Origin: Salpingoeca rosetta
Taxonomy: Eukaryota > Protista > Choanoflagellata
Assembly: GCA_033442325.1 (NCBI GenBank)
Contig: JAWQFM010000027.1
Location: 811,047-875,046, forward strand
Length of the DNA stretch: 64,000 bases
Direction: 5' to 3'
A program made the position numbers and the translations under genes. Under the pieces are notes generated by a model. That model saw only the letters and a program-made list of their open reading frames with translations. It did not search any database and was not told where the DNA came from. This document shows positions 25,287-37,857 of the stretch, one piece after another (the first letter of the stretch is position 1; each line of letters opens with the position of its first letter).

Positions 25287-25992
25287 GCCTGCCTGCCTGT
25301 TTGTGCACAACGGGTTTTGTGTTTTCGGTATTTGTGTACGTAAGCCTTTGTGCACGTTGTTGCCCAGCCAGTGCATGCCCGTTGCGCTCACGTTCTGTCC
25401 CATTCCATTGCGTACATCCCCTGCTCCCGTATCTGCTCCACGTCATCAGCGTAAGGACGGCGGTCTTGGCCAGTACACCCGATACATGCCCTCTTATGGC
25501 GCAAACGACTCGGCCGTCTCCAGAAGCAGAGACGTACGTGTGCACATCTGTATTTGCATTCGTGTGTGTACGTGTGCTGGTGCTTTTGCTTGTGGGTATG
25601 TTTTGCTTTGGTGTGCATTTACTTCTCTGTGCACGTGGTGTCTCTTCTCTCCCGATGTTTCACACGCACCACACACACACCCCTCGAAGTGTCCCTCGTT
25701 CCCCCACGCCGAGCTCACCAACCACACCCCATATCCCCCCTTCCCCCCCCCCTTCATACAGCAGGATTGGAAGAGCCGCCATGTCGGCGATGGTCTGAGC
25801 AACGCCGCTGCGCGCCTCAGCAGTCGCGAGCGCTCCTTTGGTCTTGCACGTGGTGGCGGTGGTGGCGGTGGTGACGTTGGTCGTCGCAACTTCCATCACG
25901 CACCGCCCGTGCGCGCACCGCTTGCCAACCCGGCCATCCGCGCCAACGCAGTCAACAGGCGCACGGACTGGGCAGCCAAGTACGGCAAGTGA
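22807..25992 (+). CDS. MAK/ICK (CILK1)-family ciliary Ser/Thr kinase, ~7 exons
   Basis: [38 protein letters not shown], activation loop [16 protein letters not shown] (TDY), and family-typical C-terminal RTDWAAKYG. Confidence 0.95.
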
Positions 25993-26427
25993 GGCACGCG
26001 CTCTGCTGGGACAGCAGTGTTTTGGGCTGCAGTCTTGGCCAACGCCTGTGTCTCCGCGATGCTGCTTCGGTCCCCCTCCCTTCCGTCTCCCTCTCTGTAC
26101 ATCTCGGCCACTTCACCCCCTCCCCTTTATGTTTCCTGCTGCTAATTCGCCCCCCCCCCTTCTTGTTCAAATGATGTTACCCCTTGTCTCCCTGTACCCT
26201 GGTGGTTGCTGGGAGCGTCGTGGTGCTGATTTGCTTCTGATTTGTTTGTGTGATAACCGCTGCTTTTGTGTGTTGATGGTTTTGATTCCTGTTTCACTTG
26301 CCCTGTTTTTGTTCTGCTCTCGTGTGGAGGAGGGGCATGTTATGCTTCGTCATCTTCTCTGTTGGGTTGAAGGTTTTATTCGTGTTGCTGGTCTTGGACA
26401 ACTAGGTTTGGTTTGCATGGTGCCGCG

Positions 26428-26516
<89 letters not shown>

Positions 26517-26816
26517 GGTGTGGTGTGTTGGCACCCACGCCATCTCACTTGTTTGTGAATGCCTGTGATATGCTGAGTGGGAGGAAGTGGTGCGTTGTAA
26601 ACAATCAACTATTGCAACTGGTGGCAGTGCTGCTATGGAGCCGTGGGGGTGAAAAGGGGAGGGGGATGGTGGACGTGGTGGAATGAGAGAGGATTGGATG
26701 CAATATGCTTGTGAAGGCCGGTTGGTTTTCCACATCGGTTTAAGCGAAGATGCTGTCATCCGTCCACTGCAAGTCAGGGGATGGAGTTGTTGGCGTAAGA
26801 GGACGGTGGTCTTGGC

Positions 26817-27387
26817 TCATGGCTCATTGAACGTCGCGTCGTCCTTGTAGTAGTGCAAACGGTTTCAACAACGAGTACCACCCCACCCCACCACCTAGCC
26901 TAACGCACGAACACACGAACACCTCACCTCCTGCTGCTGTTGGTGGGAAGAAGAAGAAGAAGATGCATCATAGCTGTTGGGTCGTCGACCATCACCTGGG
27001 CTCAAGGTGTGTCTTGAGGGTGCGGTAGATTGCTCCTCCTGTGCTCGACGGCCTTGAATCGCCTGCTGCTGTTGACCGTCTTCCTCCTGGCCCTCATCGC
27101 TGATGCTTGTTGCCGCTGGTTGCTGTGGTGGCTCTGGCGTGCCGAACATTCGACGAGGTGGACCCATCCTGCCCTCGGCGAGGCCCATATTCCAGTCGGA
27201 ATGCCCTCGCTGTCCCTGACGAGCCTGCTGCTGTTCTTCCTGCAGTCAAGAGTTAAAAGCGGGAGTCATTGGCGAGCGTGCATCGTTGAATACAATGTTG
27301 CGAGGAAGAGAGAGGTGAAACCAACACAAGAAACGGCACAAAGTAGATGGGAAGCAGAAGCTTCAAAGCAGAAGCTTCAAAGCAGAG

Positions 27388-27449
<62 letters not shown>

Positions 27450-28054
27450 ACACACACACAGACACACACACACACACACCTTGAACACTGGGGTGAGTCG
27501 CATCGTGCGCCGCGCTGTGGCGAGGTTTGTAACGCTGATGGGGTCGATCGGGGTCCTGTGATCTGGCGTGGCGCCCATGGGTTGCTGTGCCGCCATTGGC
27601 GTGACCGGAGTGTGCGGGGTTTGCGAGGACATGTTCTTGGCCGGACGTTGAATGTTGTGCTCCTCGTTCTCCTCGTGTTCTGCAGGCTTGCAAGATCGTA
27701 GGTGAGAGATAATGGCGCCAAAGTGAGCACACGATGAGATACATTACATTCAACTCGAGTGAAAAAGACCTGGTCTAGTGGCTTGCACTTGATGTTGCTG
27801 AAGGCAAGTCACCCACGCAGAGCAGACCACAACAGCACAACGTCTCCCGTACAGTACGACGACACCACGCCCATCTTCCTCCATCATCACCACCACCACC
27901 ACCACCACCACCACCACCACCACCACCTCTCTACCTCTACTACGTCCTCACCTGGGCCCTCGTCTTGCTTAGAATTGGGATTTGCGCGGGAAGTCTTCAC
28001 AGAGGCGTTCACTTCTTTCACTTCAAATCTTTCGTGCAAACGCAACACAATCAT
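26817..28054 (-). CDS. Hypothetical low-complexity protein (~213 aa, 4 exons)
   Basis: Exons 28054-27952, 27679-27480, 27239-26928 and 26843-26817 join through GT-AG introns with consistent phases (1,0,0) and no stops. No recognisable domain; first and last exons uncertain. Confidence 0.55.
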
Positions 28055-28527
28055 GGACGAAAGGATGAAACAATGGGGTTTTGCGTGTGTGTGTGTGTGT
28101 GATAAAAGTGGTGGAAGATATGACGTCATTTCGTTTCATGTGTGGATGCCGCTTGGAAAGACTGTTTACGAACGATGGTGGTGGTGGTGGTGGTGGTGGG
28201 CCAGAAAGGCAACTGCCACAAAGTAAGCAGGGAAAGGAGGGACGAGGACGGGCAGGGGGAAGGGAGAGGGAAGGGGGTGGAGGGAAGGTGGCTGGGCTCG
28301 CCTGCACACACAGAACAAACAGACGGACAGACAGACACAAGCAAGCAAGCAAAGCCAGTTGCACAACTACAATACACAACTGCAGCAAACCCCAAAACAA
28401 ACCACAGGGTCAAGCAACAAACTAACGACGAGTTAAAAGAATGGCAGTAAATGTACACGTGCAGGAAGACAAGGGGAAGGAGGGAAGCAAGAGGACGAGG
28501 CGGCTGTCCCGCCTGTTCAGGAGCAGT

Positions 28528-31361
28528 CTAGTGCTTGGCCTTTGGAGAAGACGTGGCGGTGTTGGCGTTGGTGGTACCGGTGGCTTCCGTGCTGGCGCTG
28601 GGCTTTGTGGTTTTCGCGGCAGAAGAAGAAGAAGAAGAGGGGGAAGACGAGGACGGGCCATGATGGGCGTCCTCTGATGTTCGCAGCGGGCTCACCTCTG
28701 GCATGGGTGTGAGCGTGGACGATGATCCGCGAGGCGAGTTGCTCGCCGACGATGTTGTCGGCAAGGTTGCGGCGCGGCGAAGACTGCGCGTGCGCGAGCG
28801 TGGCCGCGGTGTCTCGTTGAGGGACACGGCCTCCTCTGGGGTCTTCCACTGTGTGAGCGCAAGCCCCTTGTCACCGTCCTTGTGGTTGGTGTACATGGAG
28901 AAGAGGGGCTCGTTGTTGTGCACGCGGCGAATGGCCTCGGCCAGCACGAAGCTGCAGTCAATGACCTCCAACTTCTCGCACCTGCGCACATGGTCCTGCT
29001 GCGGCACGGTGTTGGTGACGACGACGTGCTTGATGTCGCCCGACTTGTTGAGTTCTTCCGGCGCGTCGCCAGAGAGCAGGCCGTGCGTGGCAATCACATA
29101 CACGTCCTTGGCCCCGTTGTTCTTCAACAGTTTCGCAGCAGAGACTAAAAGCGTGGTGAGTCGAGTCGAGTTTGATGGTGTGAGTGAGTGAGTGAGTGTG
29201 TGTGGTGTGAGGGGGTACAACACCAGAATGCCGCAAGGTGTGGTTTGGGCAAGCACCACCAAAACAGAAAGCGATGCCGCCTGGGGAATGCGCAACTCAC
29301 TGAATGCGTTTGGCGTGTCAATGATGTCATCGATGATGATGGCACCGCGACCATTCACGCTCCCAATGATACCGTCACCCTGACGAGCGGCAGAGGCGGC
29401 AAGAGCGAGCGAGTGAACGCAGGCGCGTGCACGAATATGCACACGTGCGTGTTTGACAAAGGCAATGAAACAAACCAGCAGTGACACACACACACACACA
29501 CACACCTGTGCTTCATCTTCGACCTCCTCCATCATGTTTGTCTGCTCGCGTGTAGCCGCTGTTACCATGAACATGTCAACGCGCGTAAGCAGAGTGAGGT
29601 GCAGGCAGAGCGCTTGGATGACACATGTACAGACGCATGTACAGAGGATCGACAGCCGCACACACACACACACACACCCACAGCCACAGCCACAGCCACA
29701 CACACGCACGCACGCACGCACGCACGCACAGACACACACACACACGCACGCACGCACGCACAGACACAGACAGACAGACAGACACCCACCCACCCACACA
29801 CCCACACGCGTACACGCGACGACACAGAGATGTGTCATGTCGATGACTGACCGTCCATGCTGCCTTCGCCAGAGAGGCGCTCCTCCGAGAGCGCTTCGGC
29901 GTATTTGTACTGCTCGCCCGTGATCATTGCAAGCTGCAGCCCAAGCCGCTTCGCAATCAGCGCAGCACTGCGCACACGTGTACAGTTGGTGAGTGTGAGG
30001 GGGAGGGAGGGAATCCGTTGTTGTACTGACAGATAGGCATGGTAGATAGGCAGATAGGTGCCACACACAGACACAGATAGACGGGCAGAGACGCACAGAA
30101 ACAGGCACAAACACACACACACACACAGAAACAGGCACACACACACACAGAAACAAGCACAAACATAAACACACGCACAGACACACATGAACTGACCGCT
30201 TGAGGGCGCCTGCGTTCTTGGAAACGACGACACAATTCTGCCAATCGGGAATCTGCAATGTGGGAGGTGACACCGAGGGCATTGAGGATGAGCAAAGAAC
30301 TCTCGTCGAACAATGAACAAACACGCACAGGGACAGACAAGCAAGCAGACAGACACGCACAGACAAGCAAACAGACACACAGACAGACGAGCAAACAGAC
30401 AGACAGACACACACACACACACACAAACAAACACAGACATACACACACACACACACAAACAAACACAGACACACACACACATAAACACACAAACACACAC
30501 ACAGACACAGGCACCACCACCCACCACCCCCCCACACACACACGTGTTCGCGAATGTAGTCGATGAGGAGCGGGGAGGATTTGACGTTGTCGATGGGCAC
30601 GCTGAAGAAGCCCTGCATCTGCATGTGGTGCAGGTCGAGCGTGATGACGTGCTCCACACCGGCCGTCTTGAGCAGGTCCGCAAACAGGCGGGCGGGGATG
30701 GTGCCGCGGCGCTTCTGCTTGCTCTGCTTGCTGTAGGGAAAATATGGCAGCACGGCGACGATGCGCTGGGCCGAGGCAAGGCGCACGCCCGAGGCCATGA
30801 TGAGCAGCTCCATGCACGAGTCGTTGAGAGTTGTGTCTTGCTTGAGCTCTTCGCCCTCCTCAGCCTTGTGGCCCATCCCTGTCTGCAGCAGGAATACGTC
30901 AGCATCGCGCACGCTCTTCCCAATGCTTACGCGCGTCTCTGCAAAAAGAATACACAGGGCAAAGAGCCGTCAAAAAACCTCAGAGGTGAGTGGAAGAAGC
31001 GCGTGGAGCGCAAGGAGTGTTGCACGTTGCATGTGTACGGGGACGGGTATGGCCGTGGGAAGTCTCGATGACTCCAATGAACAACTGGGCCATCAAAGCA
31101 GCGAAAGGAATCCGAAAAACAGAAAACAGGTTCACATCAAACAAACACACACGCATGCACACACATATGCACACACACGCAGACACACACACACATGCAC
31201 ACACACACACACACACACACACGTGCACACAACGCACCTCCGTTGGCAAACTTGCAGGCGGTGATTTCACATGGCTTCTTGTGCAAGTGTGAAGCAACAT
31301 CGTGGAGTAGCTGGGGGTGGGAGTTCCCAGCCATCAACATCAGTGGTGAAAGGCGAGGCAT
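28528..31361 (-). CDS. PRPP synthetase-associated protein (PRPSAP1/2-like, non-catalytic) with Ser/Thr-rich C-terminal extension
   Basis: PYFPYSKQSKQKRRGTI, DLHHMQMQGFF, VVSKNAG, IIIDDIIDT, ATHGLLS, VVTNTVP, LAEAIRRVHN; the SKQSK loop is PRPSAP-like. An upstream in-frame ATG at 31655 is an alternative start. Confidence 0.88.
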
Positions 31362-32105
31362 GGTTGTGCGAGGTTGTGGTGGTTGCTGTTGAGCTTGCGC
31401 TGTGTGTTGTTGGCCTTGCACCTGGTCTTGGACTGCTTCTCCTTCTCCGCTTGCGCGAGTGGCTCCTTGGTGGATCTCTCCTTGCTTTTGCGATCCCTTG
31501 TCCTCCGCCGTCGTCTGGCTTCCGCCTTGCAGCGCCACCGTTGGTTGGTGTGGGGGTGCTGGTGGTTCTTGGTGGTGGGTTGGTGTGGGGGTGGGTGTTG
31601 CGTGTGGTTTGTGTGTGCACGCTGTCTGCTTTGGGTGGCGCCAATACGGAAACATCGCCAAAATCTTCCATTAATTTTCCTTGGCCCAACGAGCAACGCG
31701 CACGACAAGGTCGGAGGTTGGTTTGGTTGAAGGTGGTGAGGAAGGGGAAGGGAGGGTGACTACACCCAACGCAACGTGGTGTCAGTTCCATTGGGGGTTG
31801 GTTGGTTTGTTTGTGTTTTTGTTTTGGTGGAACTGCTTTTTTGAGCTGTGTTGTGTGTGGTGATTGTTTGTTTGGCACTGACAAAGTGCGACAAGAACAA
31901 CACGAGCACAAACACCAGGCGAGACAGTCATTCACTCACTCACTCACACACACACACACACACACATACTCTCTTGATTACACTCCTTATTGCGTGTCCG
32001 GCCACCGTGACCATGTCATCATCAACATCAACGTGCTGCCGCTTGTTGTCGTTGTCGCCACAGCCTGCTGTTACGCCAGCCACCCAACAAGCCGACCCAA
32101 AGATC

Positions 32106-32721
32106 ATGTACTCCTCTTGGAACAAGCGCCCCCAGCGCAAGCCCGTGGATGTGTCGCGGCCCTTGATCCTCGGCGTTGTCGGCGGATCGTGCTCCGGCAA
32201 GGTTTGTGTTCGTGCGTTTGTGCGTGTGTGTGTTCGTGTGTGTGTTTGTGCGTGTGAGCTTGTGTGTGTTCGTGTGTGTTCGTGTGTGTTCGTGTGTGTT
32301 CGTGTGTGTTCGTGTGTGCTTGTGTGTGCGTGCATGTGTGCGTGTGTGCTTGTGTGCACGTGCATGGTGCCTGGGTCAATCCTGTGCTGGTGCTCATGCT
32401 TTATCCCGTGTACGTGCATGTTCACATTCAATTGCGTGCTTGTTCAGACGCGGTTCTGCAAAGACATCCAGGACTATCTGGAGAACAAGTACTCGGTGGC
32501 CATCCTGTCGCAGAACCAGTTTTACAGGCCCGAGATCGCCCACGAGCACACCGATCACACGCTCCCAAACTACGACCACCCAGGTGTGTGGACGTGCTGG
32601 TTGTTTGGTGGTGGCGGCGGTGTTTGTGTGGTGCTGCGTGAGTGTTCGTGCGATTATTGTGCGCACACACATGCACACGCATGCGCACATACACCCGCGA
32701 ACTGCCACTTCGGCCTGACAT

Positions 32722-32774
<53 letters not shown>

Positions 32775-34020
32775 TGCAGATGCCTTTGACTACGAGCGCA
32801 TGGGCACGGTGCTGCGGGCGCTCAAGGCTGGCGAATCTATCCAGATCCGCAAGTCGGACGTTGCCCCCGTCAGGCCAGAGTGCGTTGCTCGCTTTTGTGC
32901 TTGTGTGGGCGTAACACGTGTGTATGTGTGTATGTGTGTGTGTGCGTGTGTGTGCGTGTGCGTGTGTGTATTTGTGTGTGTGTGCGTGTGTGTATTTGTG
33001 TGTGTGTATGTGTGTGTGTATGTGTGTGTATGTGTGTGTGTATGTGTGTGTGCGTGTGTGCGTGTGTGTGACGTTTGTGTTGTGTGTGTGTGTGTGTGTC
33101 TATAGTCCTTCGCACCTTTCGTCCACCACTGTCACCTCGTCACCATCACCTCATAACCACATTGCCACATCATAATCACCACCACCACCACCACCACCAG
33201 GCCGTCTGAGGAGAGCGTGACCATTCCTGGCAATGTGGACGTGGTGATTGTCAAAGGCATCCTCACCTGGTTTAAGGAGGAGGATCTCTTTGACATCAAG
33301 GTCTTCATCTCCCTCGACCCAGACCTCCGCCTCAGCGAACGCGGTGTGTTGTCTATGTGCGTGTGCATGTGTATGTGCGTGCACATGTGTGTATGTGGTG
33401 GTATGTGTGGGGTTTCGGTGGTTGTGATGTTGTGATATTTCCCATTCCACTGCTCCATATCTCTTTCCACACCTGTACCTTGACCTCTTCTCTTCCCCTC
33501 TCAGTTCCCTCCTCACCCCTCCTCGTCACCACCACCACCACCACCACCACCACTATCACCACCACCATTACGGCTGCCAGTGCTCCGCGACCGCAACCAG
33601 GGCCGCCGGCTGGACGACATTCTCGACTACTACTTTGCATGCGCAAAGCTCGCATACGAGAAATACACAGAGCCCGTACGTATTGCTCTTTGTGTCTGCT
33701 TGCACTCTGTCGTGGGGTGTGTGTGTGTGTGTGTGTCTGTCGTGTATGTGTTTTGTTGTGTGTGTTATGTGGTGTGTGTGCGCGCGCTGAATGTTATGTC
33801 TCCCTTTTCCCCCCTCCATCACGTCTTCATCAACTGCCACCGCCTTATTTCGTGTCTCACGCTGTATCTGCGTTATCATCGCCTTGCCGTCTCCGTTTGT
33901 CACTCCTTTTCTTCTTCTTCTTCTTCCTTTTTTTTTTCCAGCTGAGCGCCAGCGCCAACATGATCATCCCACGCGGCAGCGAGAACCGAGGTGCGCGCGC
34001 GTGTGCGTGTATGTGCGTGC

Positions 34021-34079
<59 letters not shown>

Positions 34080-34407
34080 TGTGCGTGTGTGGATGTCACT
34101 TCTGTGTGTGTATGTGTGCGGTTATTGCAACGGCGCAACTGGCTGCAGCGTGCCGCTTGTGCTTTTTTCTTCCTCACAATGTGCATCACTTGCTGTCGTG
34201 CTTCTGGTTCTATGTTCGTGTGCTACAGTGGGCGTGGAGATTGTTGCGTCGTACATTGCAGAGAGCCTGCAGACACAGGAGGAGAGGGCGCGAAATGGAG
34301 CAGTGGAAGACAAGAAGACCAAAGCCGCCACACCAGCAACAACGCCATCACCTTCCTCCTCGTCAGCAACAACGGCAGCCCCAGCCATCATTGACGCAAA
34401 GGCGTGA
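32106..34407 (+). CDS. Uridine-cytidine kinase-like protein, probable pseudokinase, 7 exons
   Basis: PLILGVVGGSCSGKT P-loop, NYDHPDAFD, LFDIKVFI..D.DLRL..RVLRD, IIPRG..N. Catalytic motifs altered (SQNQFY, VKGIL). Confidence 0.85.
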
Positions 34408-34844
34408 CAAGACATGACGTGTTGTTGAGTGTTTGTTTGTGAGTGTGTTTGTATTTGTGAGTGAGTGTGAGTGCGATGTTTGTGTGCGTGTGTGTGTGCG
34501 TGTGTGTGTTGTTTGTGGATGTGACGTGTTCGGGTCTCTCCTACATTGCGCACTCCACGACGTGCCTGTCTCAGCCACCACCAGAAGCACGCACCGTCCA
34601 TGTGTTTGTTTGTGCGTCAGTTTTTTTTTATCTTCCTTGTTGTGTTGCATCCAACCCGGTACCTCCATGTTTCATTCATGACGAAACTTTCATGAATTTT
34701 CGTCATGTCACATAAATGACAATTTTCTGCATTTGAGCATACCTTCGTAAATGTACAAATTGTGCGTCTGCCTTTTTCTTCTTCACGCACGCGAGTCAAA
34801 GAGGTGGTTATGCGACGGCTGTGTGTGTATGTGTTGTGTATGTG

Positions 34845-34886
<42 letters not shown>

Positions 34887-35566
34887 GGTTGTTGCTGTAT
34901 GGGGTGTCGTGTGGTCGTCGTCAAAGGGTGCGTGTTGTTTGGTTGTGGATGGGTGTGCGTCGGGGGACGCTGTACGCTTTGCTGAGCACAGCGCACACGC
35001 ACACACACACGCGCGCAAAGCGCAACTCCCTCTTTGGGGGTTGTTTGCTTGTTGCGCAGCACACGTGTATGGATTGTGTTCGTCGTCGTGTTCGTCGTCG
35101 TGTTGTCGTCGTGTGCCCTTTATTGTTGATTGTGTGCGCCTTGCGTGCCACGCACGCAGAAGCGGTGCATCAGGTGGACGCGGTGTTGTGTTGTTCTTTC
35201 AGGCACCCCTGGCACCCTTGTATTTCATAACCGCGCCAACCTTCCTTCCTCTTTTGTCCTTTCTTTCGTTCTCTTTTTCTCGAAGTTACGCTCTGTGTCA
35301 CACACCACACACACACACACACACACCACACACAGACACCACACACACACACATACACACAATAACAACAACAAGCATACTCAAGTTACGCCACCACTTT
35401 ACACCATCGCCACGTTACCAACACCATCGGCTGTCTTGTGTCATCATTTCCCTCACGTCACGTCATCCACTGTCTCCTCACCCCACCCTCTCTTGTTTGT
35501 GCTCCGACTCCTTGCGAAAGGCACTTCTTCCCCGAACAAGCAACACAGCCCGAAAAACCCGCCAAC

Positions 35567-36542
35567 ATGCAGCTGTTTGTCCGCGCCGAGCAGACCCACG
35601 TCCTTGACGTTGACGAGACCACCTGCGTCTCCGATGTGCGCTCCTTCGTGGAGTCTGTCGAGGGCATCCCCGCCTCTGAGCAGTACGTCACATTCGCCGG
35701 TCGCCCCCTCGTCGATGGCCCTCTCTCCGCCTTTGACGTGACCGAGCTCGCCACCCTCAACGTCGCCCCCCGCGTCCGTGGTGGTGCGTAGCACAGATGC
35801 AGTGCGATTTTTTTTGGGGTTGGGGTTGGGGAAGCGGGTCGCACGTACCACATGTGTGTGTGTGTTTGAGTGTGTTTGAGTGTGTTTGAGTGTGTTTGCG
35901 TGTGTTGTGTTCGTGTGTTCGTGTGGGTGTGCAGGTGGACGTGTTTGTTCACATGTGTGCACGTGTTCCTCTTCTTCTTTCCATGGTCGTTTCTTCCCTG
36001 ACACCACCACACCGCACCACACGCACTTGTGCTGCCTTGCCTGTCTTGACTGACCGCAGGTAAGGTCCACGGTTCCCTTGCCCGTGCCGGTAAGGTTAAG
36101 GGTCAGACCCCCAAGGTTGAGAAGCAGGAGGACAAGAAGAAGGCCAAGACCGGTGAGCATGCTTGTCAATGCGATTTGTGTGTGTGTGTGTGTGTGCGTG
36201 CGTGTGTGTGCGTGTGTGCGTGCGTGTGTGCGTGCGGGGGTATGTTGTGTTCATTGGACGACGTGGTGTGCCCATGTGCTTGTATGTGTGTGTGATGTTG
36301 AGCATCTCCCCACGCACTGGTTTCAGTTGGTTCCAATGCGCCTGCCGTCTCATTGCCTCCCTCACCTCGCTTGCTCTCACTCACAACTCGTTCACACTCA
36401 CTCATGCACCGCGCACACCTTGTTTTCGCTTGCGTTCCTTTTTTTTTTTCAAGGCCGTGCCAAGCGCCGCCAGCAGTACAACAACCGCTTCAACAGCACT
36501 GCCAACAACCAGAAGCGCAGCCCCAACTCCAACTCCGCCTAA
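35567..36542 (+). CDS. FAU: Ubiquitin-like FUBI / 40S ribosomal protein eS30 fusion, 3 exons
   Basis: [11 protein letters not shown]...RVRGG then [19 protein letters not shown]...[14 protein letters not shown]...PNSNSA*. Exons 35567-35783, 36060-36152, 36454-36542. Confidence 0.97.
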
Positions 36543-36984
36543 GTGACCCCTCTTGGCCTCATTGTTGTTTCGTGCTTCGTTATGGTTGCACGGGTGTGAC
36601 GTTGGCTGTGCGGTGGTGCTGCTGCCACTGCGCCGTCCTTTTCTTCATTTGTTGTTGTTTCATGTACCCTGGTGAGGTGCGGCCACCGTGAACGCCATAT
36701 GCACGCCTGTTGTACCGCTCTGCTTGCTTGCTTGTCCAACCCACGTTCCGAATTGTGTTTGGAGTGACAAATGAACGAGACAAGGCGCTGACAGTCAAAG
36801 ACCCGGAGAGGCTATCCGGGGTGCGGGGGAGGGAAGGGTGCGGGGGGTTTGAGGGAAGGGTGCGGTGGTGGTGGAAGAGGAAGAGGAAGAGGGGTGAAAT
36901 GATCTGACTGCAGGCACAAGCAGCGCTGCGCAGAAATCCCCACACAAATCGGAGACCCTGAATTCAGGGAGGCACAGTTTGCTG

Positions 36985-36991
36985 GTTGCCA
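36985..36991 (+). promoter_or_regulatory. RFX half-site (GTTGCCA) upstream of DNAI3
   Basis: GTTGCCA lies about 100 bp before the ATG of an axonemal dynein gene, at the start of the A/C-rich leader. RFX motifs are established regulators of ciliary genes. Confidence 0.6.
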
Positions 36992-37092
36992 ACAACGGAT
37001 ACAACACAGCCACACACACACACACACACAAGGCGCACAAGACAGGAAACACTGCAGCAAACAAGCAAGCAAAGCAAAGCGTAGCGGGCGGG

Positions 37093-37767
37093 ATGGCGGA
37101 CAACGAAGAAGCTGCTTCTGCAGCAGCAACGTCCCCCACCAACGAGGAGACTACCCAGCAGAAGAAGAAGCAGAGCAAAGCAGCAAGCAAAGCAGGGAGC
37201 AAGGCCGCCAGTCGAGCTGCGAGCGCAAAGCCAAAGTCGCCAGGCGATGATGGGAAAGAAGCAAAGGAGAAGCAGGCAGAGCCCGCTGCAACAGAGGGCC
37301 AAAGCGCCGCCGATCAAGCTGAAGCTCAAGGTCAAGATCAACAGCAACAGCAGGGGCAGGAAAAGGGGGCAGAGGCGCCTGCAACAGCCGAGGGTGAAGC
37401 TGCAGAGGCGACCACTGGCGATGCTGCTACAGATGACGCTGCATCATCGTCACAGCCACAAGAGCAAGGGCAGCGTGTCACCTCAGCAGGGGCAGGAGCA
37501 GGGACGGGCACGCCCACAGTTGCCACGCTCTATGCCGACGGCGGCCTTCCAGAGGGTGCCCTGGGCATGTTCCTCACAGGTGTGCACGCACGCTTGGGTG
37601 TTTGATGGAGACGAGATCCTTCGTGCATGCGGTGTTCTGTGTATGTGTATGTGTATGTGTGTGTTCTGTGTGTGTGTTCTGTGTGTGTGTTCTGTGTGTG
37701 TGTTCTGTGTGTGTGTTCTGTGTGTGTGTTCTGTGTGTGTGTTCTGTGTGTGTGTTCTGTGTGTGTG

Positions 37768-37857
<90 letters not shown>

